A stretch of DNA of 63,858 bases, the filler included, from Octopus bimaculoides (lineage: Eukaryota): assembly GCF_001194135.2 (NCBI RefSeq). It is 8 parts of 8 records of this genome, joined end to end, with 100 filler letters (N's around TTAATTAATTAA, not from the genome) between each part and the next. Parts side by side here need not be neighbours in the genome. Positions count along the whole stretch, not along the records: positions 42,181 to 58,243 come from NC_068985.1; positions 58,344 to 60,382 come from NC_068990.1; positions 60,483 to 62,483 come from NC_068996.1; positions 62,584 to 63,858 come from NC_069000.1; 4 more parts are not named here. One strand, given 5' to 3'. Positions within the stretch are counted from its first letter, which is position 1; the number at the start of each line of letters is the position of its first letter. Under the pieces are notes generated by a model. That model had not been told where the DNA came from. It did no database searches and saw only the letters and a program-made list of their open reading frames with translations. A program made the translations under genes and the position numbers. Of the stretch, positions 54,301-63,858 are shown piece by piece.

Positions 54301-54539
54301 GTCGAGGAGATGCATTTATCATAAGGGCTCTGAGTGCTGCTAACAAGTGAATAATTTACAAGTTTTGCCCGATATAGTCAGTAATAATTATTTGTACTCA
54401 CTGCTTTCGAATTTTATTGCCTATTAAAATTTGATATTACTGAAGTTGAAATAGAGAGAGGGGTGGGCAGGGACTGGGAAGCAGTGCGCATTTCAAAAAT
54501 ACAGCTAAATATAAAAAAGCCCATTCATTTGAATTATTT

Positions 54540-54857
54540 AATGATATTAAGTGAGATCGTTGCCAGGGCCCCTGGACTGGCTCTTGTGCGGGTGGCACAT
54601 AAGATGTACCATCTTGAGCATGACTGTTGCCAGTACCGCCTGACTGGCCTTGTAGGGTTTTCGAGCGAGACCGTTGCCAGTGTCCCTGGACTGGCTCTTG
54701 TGCGGGTGGCACATAAAAGACACCATTTCGAGCGTGGCCGTTTTCGTGCGGGTGACACGTAAAAGCACCCACTACACTCTCTGAGTGGTTGGTGTTAGGA
54801 AGGGCATCCAGCTGTAGAAACTCTGCCAAATTAGATTGGAGCCTGGTGTTGCCATCC
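54540..54857 (+). mobile_element. RTE-type LINE 3' UTR with two tandem copies of an about 115-bp unit
   Basis: cgttgccag..ccctggactggctcttgtgcgggtggcacataa occurs twice; the end matches the reverse complement of 15900-16034. Confidence 0.8.
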
Positions 54858-54945
54858 NNNNNNNNNNNNNNNNNNNNNNNNNNNNNNNNNNNNNNNNNNN
54901 NNNNNNNNNNNNNNNNNNNNNNNNNNNNNNNNNNNNNNNNNNNNN

Positions 54946-55306
54946 NTATTATTATTCTGGGGGAATTTCAACCATGTTTCGTGGTCTGCTACCACAACAG
55001 CTCCTTTATAGGATCCAGTTAGCTGAAGACATCACCAGGAGGAACCACGTCCGGTTTCGGCCCCTACTCCTCTACCGTTTTGACGTGGCGGGGCCACCCC
55101 CTTTCGGAGGTGTCTTCACCTCTGGTGTTGGGTGCATGTCTTCTTTCACTGTTTGTGACTGTTCTAATTCAACTGTGGAATGTTCCTCGCTATGGTTATT
55201 TTCCAGGAGGTTCTGGCCACACGTCTTACGGTTCATCAACCCGCGTTGTTGAATTACTTTCTTCCGACATACCTTCCCTTGGTGGATTAGGATCCAGTTA
55301 GCTGAA
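54946..55306 (-). mobile_element. Second fragment of the HERO-like element, with a 19-bp direct repeat (55009-55027 and 55288-55306)
   Basis: HQGKVCRKKVIQQRGLMNRKTCGQN nearly identical to the 42 kb copy; taggatccagttagctgaa occurs twice. Confidence 0.6.
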
Positions 55307-56254
55307 TTGGAAGATACGACATAAAAAAACTTCCCGGCTTACACGTATCCGAATAATATACGAGTCAAAAGTACTCTTTCCATTTGTTGTAATAAGTAAA
55401 ACGTAATGGAAAATTTTTTTCTTGTACTTTTCAATTTCATTTTGATAAAAATATCAACTCAGTTAATATCCAGTACTTCTTTTGTTGTGCAATAACAATG
55501 GGCAAGTTGTTGAATGGTTAAAAAACAAACAAACGTTTGTACCTTCTTTATGAAAAAATATATATAAAAATAAACTTTTGAAAGCTTCATTGAACATAAT
55601 CCTTACTTTCATTTTCTCTACAAAATATTATTAAAAGATATGCTTTATTAAGAAAGTTATAAAGAAGCAGAATCGAGGAGTGGGACACCAAACTATAGTT
55701 ATAGGTGGGGGAAGTCCATATTATTACGTAGCTTAGCTAACAATCGTTTGAACGTGGGGAAAATGCTTTGCTGCATTCATTCTGGTTCTTTGCATCCTGA
55801 GCCCAAATATCGCTGAGGCTAGTCTAATATTGTGTTTGATGGTATTGACTCATCCTCTCTCTCAAAATCATTGGCTTTAGCCTAAAATCAGTAACAATTA
55901 TTTAGCCCGAGGTGAACTGAGGCTGAATAACCCATAAATATCCAATGTGTCCAATTTTCTTGAGGAGTTTGGCTGCTATTTCTAATGAGTAGAGCGACCG
56001 CAAAGAGGTTTCTTTGCTGTTGTTTAAGCACTCCATATAACCCCTCATAACTTTTTTTGGTGGGGCTAATGCAGTTTCGCACCTCTCCTTGAAAAATGCA
56101 TTTAAAATAAAAAGTTTTTTGGTTGCTTACGTTTTAGATATCGAAGATTAGGAATATGCAAAATAAAGTTTTCTTTTATTTCACCGCATCCCCAACAATA
56201 TAAGTTTTTGATTTTGTTTACTTTAAAGAAATTGTAGCGAAATGACGAACATAT

Positions 56255-56405
56255 GCGTAGGAGTGGCTGTGTGGTAAGTAGCTTGCTTACCGATCACATG
56301 GTTCCGGGTTCAGTTCCACTGTGTGGCACCTTGGGCAAGTGTCTTCTACTATAGCCTCGGGCCGACCAAAGCCTTGTGAGTAGATTTGGTAGACGAAACT
56401 GAAAG
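56255..56405 (+). mobile_element. tRNA-derived SINE family A, 5' half (A and B boxes); its 3' half resumes at about 56660-56718 after an insertion and a gap
   Basis: gtaggagtggctgtgtggtaag...ggttcagttccactgtgtggcaccttgggcaagtg...gaaactgaaag; later tgtgtttgtcccaccattgcttgacaacc. Confidence 0.8.
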
Positions 56406-56412
56406 CAGCTAT

Positions 56413-56457
56413 CGAACGCCGACGAAGGGAAATAACCCTGAAATCCGGATCCGTTCG
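56413..56457 (+). ncRNA. Type-I hammerhead ribozyme, all three stems intact, single core deviation U4C
   Basis: cgaacg-CCGACGA-AGGG-AAATAA-CCCT-GAAA-TCCGGA-TC-cgttcg; 6-bp perfect stem I, extended by gcagc (56405-56409) / gctgc (56459-56463); AUC cleavage triplet at 56449-56451. Confidence 0.75.
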
Positions 56458-56622
56458 TGCTGCAGATCATGGTGAGAGGGATGACTTCCCTTGGCAAACA
56501 GGACACAGTCGTGTGTCGATAAACCAGCTGGAGGAGATGTCCTCCTGGGGCTAAAAGCAACAGTAACATCCACCCCTAGGGGTCAGCCACACTTAAGTGG
56601 CAATNNNNNNNNNNNNNNNNNN

Positions 56623-56667
<45 letters not shown>

Positions 56668-57369
56668 GCGTGTGTGTCTGTGTCTGTGTTTGTCCCACCA
56701 TTGCTTGACAACCGGTGGTCTCTTTTAAATCACGCACCTTTTCGTCTGAAAATTATTTTGAAATAATAAACGGAACCAAATGGTAGATTCGAACTGTACA
56801 TATCTTAAAACTATGATTAAAAAAATTCGAGAAAGGGTGGAAATTTTAGGATTTATGGGGTTGGGGTAATTAAAAGATGAAATTTTTTTGCATAACCGTA
56901 TGAATTCCCGTAGGTAGAATAAATTTTTTTAAAAAATTTTCAGAAAATTCCCCAAAATTAAAAGGTACGAAGGGTTATATGGAGTGCTTAAACCGCAACT
57001 CTGCCGTTGGTTTGTGTTACTGTGGGAGATATAGTGGCTGTAGTGACTATAATTACGACTATGTGAATTGTAGCCATCTGGGAGATGTGGTGTTAAGTCA
57101 TTGTCGTAGCGATTATGATGACGCAAGACAATTGTGGTAATGGGTGTGTAGCGTACAGAGCTAGCAACGACATAAGGCAGCGAAATCACGCGAGATCTCG
57201 AAGCGACATATCATAACATGGGAGAAGGTGTCCATCCTCGTTTTACTTTCTGTCCATTGCACGTGGCTTACATATCTACTCGGAGCCGGGTCGGTCTGTA
57301 TATCTGTAGTGAGCCGATATACATACACCTTTCGATGTCTCACGTTTCTTTTTCTATATTTCATTAATC

Positions 57370-57780
57370 ATGTCTTCTAGTTGCACGGATTATCGTCATG
57401 TACAGTTGTACCACATCATCATTCTGTTGATTATGCCTCTTCTATCATTGGCCGATAGATTCAGCGATGATATTTCTTCTAATATTGACCCTAAAATTGG
57501 GACTCTCTCGTTCTTCTCAAAACCTCGTCGCAATAATTTCATCAACGTCACCAAAGAATATCTAGATGAGATTATGAATATTTTTGGAACTAATGGAACA
57601 ATGAATTCACGCCAATTCGCACATATGATCGAAGAATTTAAGACACACTCACATCGTAACTTACATTCTGCGAAGAGTCATTCTAATGGAGATGAGTCTG
57701 TTACACATAATGTTAAAACAACTAATTATCAACTATATAATGCCAGTGAAACGACACTCGAAAATCCACAATTCATTAAG
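57370..57780 (+). CDS. First coding exon (137 aa) of a secreted or membrane protein, probably a LIV-1 subfamily ZIP zinc transporter (SLC39A6/10/foi-like ectodomain)
   Basis: ATG-initiated non-repetitive ORF. Signal peptide IIILLIMPLLSLA; segment EYLDEIMNIFGTNGTMNSRQFAHMIEEF resembles the ZIP ectodomain YL..IF..YG.NG.I....F..LL helix pair; His-rich HSHRNLHSAKSHS; N-glycosylation sequons NVT, NGT, NAS; strong phase-0 donor AAG|gttagt at 57781. Downstream exons not seen. Confidence 0.6.
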
Positions 57781-57802
57781 GTTAGTAATTGATTTTCATT
57801 GG

Positions 57803-57889
57803 AGGTAAAGAATACGCACACCACCTGTTTTCAATGTAACAGAAACCTTAACCTTAAACCTAAACACTGGGTGTGCGTATTCTTTACCT
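57803..57889. repeat. Perfect 20-bp inverted repeat with 47-nt spacer (mini-MITE) just after the splice donor
   Basis: aggtaaagaatacgcacacc (57803-57822) / ggtgtgcgtattctttacct (57870-57889); spacer contains ccttaaccttaaacctaa. Confidence 0.9.
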
Positions 57890-58428
57890 TCGCCTGATTT
57901 TCACCCTTGTTGCTTTGTAAATATTTTTGTTTGCTTGATAATTCATTATTTTTGTTATGTTTGGGTATATTCATTTTTTTTCTTTTGCTTTCTGCTTGTA
58001 ATTAACGTCAGTGTAAATACATGGAAAGTATGTAAACAAACAGCAACACAGGGAGATGGGAGGGAGAGCTCGGTCACTATAAAGCTCCTCACCCGGGAAC
58101 AAAAAAAAAAATTAACCAGCCTATGGGGTGTTAACAAGTGTGTGGAAAACGAATATGAAAAAAAAAGTGCGCGCTGATGACCCTGGTGGGTGGGGATGGG
58201 GACTTTCGGAAAATTCACAAGATACGATTTTTCCGTCATAACTNNNNNNNNNNNNNNNNNNNNNNNNNNNNNNNNNNNNNNNNNNNNTTAATTAATTAAN
58301 NNNNNNNNNNNNNNNNNNNNNNNNNNNNNNNNNNNNNNNNNNNTATATATATATATACGCATTGATGTAAGTATGTACATATACGTATGTATATATGCAT
58401 GCATATATATTATTTATATATATATACA

Positions 58429-58460
<32 letters not shown>

Positions 58461-58603
58461 CGCGTCCGCGTAAAATTATGTACAAACTTCCTCGTTCCCT
58501 TTCTCTCTCTGATACACACACATATACACATCTACATCTGTGAAGGTGAGCGACGTACGTCCGTAGTATGTAAACAAAGATAGATAGATTGATAGATTGA
58601 TAG

Positions 58604-58654
<51 letters not shown>

Positions 58655-58869
58655 GAGAGAGATGAAGATATACGTACATATGTGTGTGCATACCTACAAT
58701 ACGAGAATGTTTGTATATGGAGATAAACAGTGGTGTAACGACAAAGAGGGATAGTGTGAACAAGATTGCTTTGGTACACGATTCAATAACTAATTATACA
58801 GTTTTGAGATAAGTGTATTTCTGACGTCAATAACCAGCAGTTAGATGGTAATGTTTTCCAATCTGAACT

Positions 58870-59025
<156 letters not shown>

Positions 59026-59200
59026 AAACATATATACATTTAAATGCATACATATAAATCCATCTGCATGTGTATGTCTATATATATATAGTCAATCCAA
59101 GCATGAACAAGCAAGAAAAAACACGAAAAAAATAATAACGTGAGGACGTGGAATAAGTATAGTGTTATTGGACGCTCAGGAAAGGAAAGAAAAGAAAGAA

Positions 59201-59240
59201 GATCTCACGTTTCGAGCGGAGCTCTTCATCAGAAATATAG
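59201..59240 (-). ncRNA. Minimal hammerhead motif with intact core but non-cleavable GUG triplet (probably inactive)
   Basis: tattt-CTGATGA-A-GAGC-TCC-GCTC-GAAA-CG-TG-agat. Confidence 0.55.
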
Positions 59241-59889
59241 GAAAAGTCCAAAGAAGGGAAGACGGAGGAAGAAAATCGCCAACGATACACATGCGGTCAC
59301 ATATTGAAATGAATACATACATACATATATATATATATATAAATACATGCATGTACACATAAATATTAAAGCAGATATAGCTGTGTGGTAAGAAGTTTAT
59401 TTTCCAACCTTATGGTTACGGGTTCAGTTCCACTGCGTTACACTTCGAACAATTGTCTTCTGTTATAGACACGAACCGACCAAAGCCTTGTGAGCGGATT
59501 TGCTAGGCGAGAAGCCCTTCGTGTGCACCTATATATGTTTATAACCATGTGCGTATGTCTTTCTGTCTGTGTTTGTCCCCCACCGCTTCACAACAGACGT
59601 TGAAGTGTCCTGCAAGCTAGATTGATAGATATACATATACATACATATATACATATGTATATATACATATACATACATACATATATANNNNNNNNNNNNN
59701 NNNNNNNNNNNNNNNNNNNNNNNNNNNNNNNNNNNNNNNNNNNNNNNNNNNNNNNNNNNNNNNNNNNNNNNNNNNNNNNNNNNNNNNNNNNNNNNNNNNN
59801 NNNNNNNNNNNNNNNNNNNNNNNNNNNNNNNNNNNNATATATATATATATATATATATATATACGCATACATATATACATATATACGCG

Positions 59890-60220
59890 CGTTTCCAAAA
59901 GTCACATACCTCTTGATATCACAATCCATATTCCTAGGATGTTTGCAGTGTAGTCCGTAGTATCCGTGGACATCGGGTTGATCATCTACATGGATTCATT
60001 TTTTCAGGCGATATAAAATTACCGGGTGTTTAGCAAAGGGATGTTTAACCATTTTGAGCAGTGCGAAGGATGATTAAGTTATGTTTGCATATTCAAAATG
60101 TTTCCCTTAAACTTTTCCATGTAAATGATCAACCCCAATGCCACGGTTTCCAACGGAGAACACTGTAAACATCTCAGGAATACGGATTGTGATCTCAAGG
60201 GACATGTAATTTGTGGAAAA
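59890..60220. mobile_element. Foldback/MITE element with imperfect TIRs of about 60 bp
   Basis: ...gatatcacaatccatattcctaggatgtttgcagtgt / acactgtaaacatctcaggaatacggattgtgatctc...; an inner IR gttgatcatctacatgga / tccatgtaaatgatcaac is also present. Confidence 0.75.
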
Positions 60221-60234
60221 GTTATTATGATTAT

Positions 60235-60269
<35 letters not shown>

Positions 60270-60346
60270 GGTATGCACATACCTGTACGTATATATGCAT
60301 ATACTCATTTACTATTTGTTTTTACATGATTGAACGCAGCATCTTC

Positions 60347-60382
<36 letters not shown>

Positions 60383-60482
60383 NNNNNNNNNNNNNNNNNN
60401 NNNNNNNNNNNNNNNNNNNNNNNNNNTTAATTAATTAANNNNNNNNNNNNNNNNNNNNNNNNNNNNNNNNNNNNNNNNNNNN

Positions 60483-60523
<41 letters not shown>

Positions 60524-61603
60524 TTTACACATACATGCGCTTATACACGCACATTCGCACACACACTTACACAGAGGTCACTGTATTACAACGTGGATGT
60601 TATAGCGTTCCGTAACCCAAAGTTATCTGCTCTGTCCTTAGACCCTCTTTAGATGACGATAGATGACAGGAATGATACTTCGTGCATCGTATATCATCGT
60701 TTCGTTTGCGCCTGATTTGTGTTGCTTAACAAGATGGTTCTCTATAATCTTCCCGTTTTCCGAAATTTGCAATTTAATATGGCTTGATAGCTCTCCTAAA
60801 GTTGAAAATTTAGAACTTGTTCTCATATCACCCACAAATTAATTCTCATGTATAGTACAAGGTATCTTTTGTTCGGTGAAGAAAAGCAATTCTCATTATT
60901 GCAGGTGGCAGCTAATTGCGTAAGTGATGTACTTACTGCTGAATCATAATATGGAAGAATTGACATCAGAATTGCCAAAATGGTGATCTTTGAAGTATCG
61001 AATATGACATCATTATGCTGTGTTGATTCTTTTCTTTATGAATGTAGTGGCATATTGCAGCCGAAAATCTGGAATATTGTATGTTTTACAAGCACTAACA
61101 ATGTAAATTAGTTAGTCAGCGATAATATTTTGTATAGATTACCTAGAAACATAACTCTTTATTTTAACAATCGATGTTACATTCTCTGCCGAAATTATAC
61201 GTCTGATTCCTCATGGTATTCGTTTCTGAATTCTTGGGGATTTTAGATTTTGTAGTCCACTTACAACCTGCGATCATGTTCATGCAAATGTAGATAAAAT
61301 TTATGCATTGCCGATTAAGCCGGCTGTATAGTCTTGTCCAGGGGAAAACGTTACCAGATCAGGTTTTCGGTGTAGCAATACTGGATTTCTCATTGGGGTT
61401 CTAAGGAAGGTTGTACTAGATTGAATTAAGGCTACAGGTAAGTTTCCCATGTTTCGCTATCAGTTCAAGGAGACAGGGAAACCCTAAGTCAGATATCAAA
61501 ACAATTTATTCATATTGTCTACCTCTAAGAGTGTACAAACAAAACGCACAGCATTATCAAGTTGTATGTATTGTACATTGAAACTCTTTTACAATGTTAC
61601 TCT

Positions 61604-61990
61604 TTTACCTGTTTCAGTCATTTGACTGTAGCCATGCTGGTGCACCGCATTTAGTCGAGCAAATCGACCCCAGGACTTATTCATTGTAAGCTGAGTACTT
61701 ATTCTATCGGTCTCTGCCGAACCGCTAACTTACGGGGACGTAAACACACCAGTATTAGTTGTCAAGCGATGGTGGGGGTGGGGGTACAAACACAGACACA
61801 CATATACACATACATGCATATATATATACATATACACGACGGGCTTCTTTCAGTTTCCGTCAAACAAATCCACTCACAAGGCTTTGGTCGGCCTGAGGCT
61901 ATAGTAGAAGATACTTACCCAAGGTGCCACGCAGTGGGACTGAACTCGGAACCATCTGGTTCGTTAGCAAGCTACTTATCACACAGCCTT
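61604..61990 (-). mobile_element. tRNA-derived SINE family A, full length
   Basis: Head ggctgtgtgataagtagcttgct at about 61990, internal (TG)/(TA) tract, tail ...gactgaaacaggtaaaag. Confidence 0.85.
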
Positions 61991-62419
61991 TAGCACGACT
62001 TGGTCTAAACGACATTTCAGCAACGAGTCCCTTATATAATCTGCTCAGAGCTCTGTATTAAAAAGACGTAGTTTATCCTAATCAAAGCTACAAGCAATAT
62101 TAAAAGGATGCCTGAGTTAATTTTTAAATTTTAGTTTACAACTTCGTTACATCTAGGCGGCACGTAAACCTGTTAAAGGTAAAGTCTATAAAACATTAGC
62201 ACGCACGCAACATACACTAGACAGAAAATACGACTACAAACCTTGTTGAAAGGCTCGACCTGCGTGAGTTGTCATTTCTGTCAGCCATTCCCGATTGAAG
62301 ATTTTTCCAGGAACAAAATTTGGAGTTTCAAGAAATGGGATGATATAAACATGGAGTAACACCCTTTTCTCTATACTCTCTCCCTGTAATATTTTATATA
62401 TATGTCCTCAGGCAGGCAT

Positions 62420-62468
<49 letters not shown>

Positions 62469-62608
62469 TGTATATATATATATNNNNNNNNNNNNNNNNN
62501 NNNNNNNNNNNNNNNNNNNNNNNNNNNTTAATTAATTAANNNNNNNNNNNNNNNNNNNNNNNNNNNNNNNNNNNNNNNNNNNNAAAGCACGTTATAAAAA
62601 TAAAACTA

Positions 62609-62699
<91 letters not shown>

Positions 62700-63695
62700 G
62701 AGAAGAAAACAAAAGAAAACAACATAGCATGGTATGTAAAAAATGCTACAGGACCGATATTATTATAAATAAGAAGGTCAGGCTTGTATAGGATGAAAGA
62801 TTGCAAAGATAAAGCACTGTTCAAGCAACTGAAAACGAATGAAACTGAAAATAGGTGGGTAAAGAAAACAATGCATGGACAATTTCATAGGGATGTTGAA
62901 GATGAGACAGAGAGAAAAAAGATGGCTGTGGATGACTAAAAGTGATTTAAAACTGAAAACTGAGGCTCTAATCTGTGCTGCCCAAGAGCAAGCACTAGGA
63001 GCAAATTACATAAAATACAGAATAGACAACACATCAGAAAGCAATAAGTTCAGAATTTGTGGACAAAATGGTGAAACCGTATAGCATATTTCCAGTCAAT
63101 GTACGCCACTAGCCCAGAAGGAATATATGAGACGACACGACAATATATCCAGGCTTGTCCATTGAACAATTTGCAGTAAGTATGGACTTGACAGCAAAAA
63201 AATTGGTACGACCATAAACCCGAAGGCATCATCGAAAATGATAATGCAAAGATCCTGTGAGATTTTGTGATTCAGTGCGACCATGAGATAGAGAATAAGA
63301 AGCCAGACATAGTCTTAAATGAGAAAGAAAGCAAACTATGCTGGATCATAGATATAGCATGCCCAGCTGACAACAAAGTATGCGACAAGGAAGAAAGAAA
63401 AGTCGATAGATATGACAGGTTAGCTTTGGAGGTTAAGCAGTTGTGGTCGATGAAAAAGATGGTAGTAGTACCAATAATTGTCGGAGCCCTGGGAACAGTG
63501 CGTAAGAATCTTGAGAAGTACATGGTACAAATAGTGGTAGCGATAAGGGTGGAGTACTTGCAGAAAACAGCACTGCTTGGAACGGCTCAAATACTCCTGA
63601 AGGTGCTCGAAAAATAAGGGGTGTTACCTCAGTACACTGGTAGTGAGCAGCTGACACCGTAGGACATCTCCAGCGTCAGAAGCTGTGCAAAGGCG
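62700..63695 (+). mobile_element. 5'-truncated Dong/R4-clade non-LTR retrotransposon (zinc knuckle and restriction-like endonuclease) embedded in (TAA)n
   Basis: LKTEALICAAQEQAL, RICGQNGETV*HISSQC, KPDIVL...IIDIACP.D....KEERKVDRY..L, VVVPIIVGALG, LQKTALLGTA; (AAT)n on both sides (62612-62699 and 63696-63757). Confidence 0.9.
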
Positions 63696-63757
<62 letters not shown>

Positions 63758-63858
63758 TGCGGAGACCCCCTTCGGTCATGACTGACCATGGGATTGCACC
63801 TAGGAAGTTACCCTCCCAGGCACAAGTCCCGACAAGGTTGTTTTTTTATGGAAGACCA

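Noticed and set aside
60905-60919. 15-nt candidate microexon (gcag|GTGGCAGCTAATTGC|gtaagt) for the ZIP-like gene
   Set aside because: Falls within what looks like a decayed minus-strand Penelope endonuclease region; the peptide VAANC is uninformative.

Overview
AT-rich, repeat-dense animal genomic DNA from a draft assembly with many N-gaps. The SINE and LINE families look like those of an octopod cephalopod (Octopus-like); this is inferred from repeat recognition, not from a database search. Three host genes are partly visible. (1) A minus-strand gene seen only as four tiny, symmetric phase-1 exons (18, 60, 84, 36 nt) spread over about 21 kb, encoding a Pro/Thr-rich mucin-like linker. (2) The last two coding exons of THYN1 (EVE domain) on the plus strand. 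(3) A signal-peptide-bearing first coding exon that resembles a LIV-1/ZIP (SLC39A) zinc transporter ectodomain. The rest is mostly mobile-element debris: tRNA-derived SINEs, RTE-type LINEs, a (TAA)n-embedded Dong/R4 element, HERO-like and L1/Tx1-like fragments, Penelope-like remnants, mariner and Chapaev3-like transposase relics, foldback elements and microsatellites. The most unusual signals are several minimal type-I hammerhead ribozyme motifs. One is near-perfect and fused directly behind a Pol III SINE head, and another carries the compensatory U3-A8 core. No CRISPR array, rRNA or true tRNA gene is supported. Most ORFs in the supplied track are microsatellite or N-gap artefacts.
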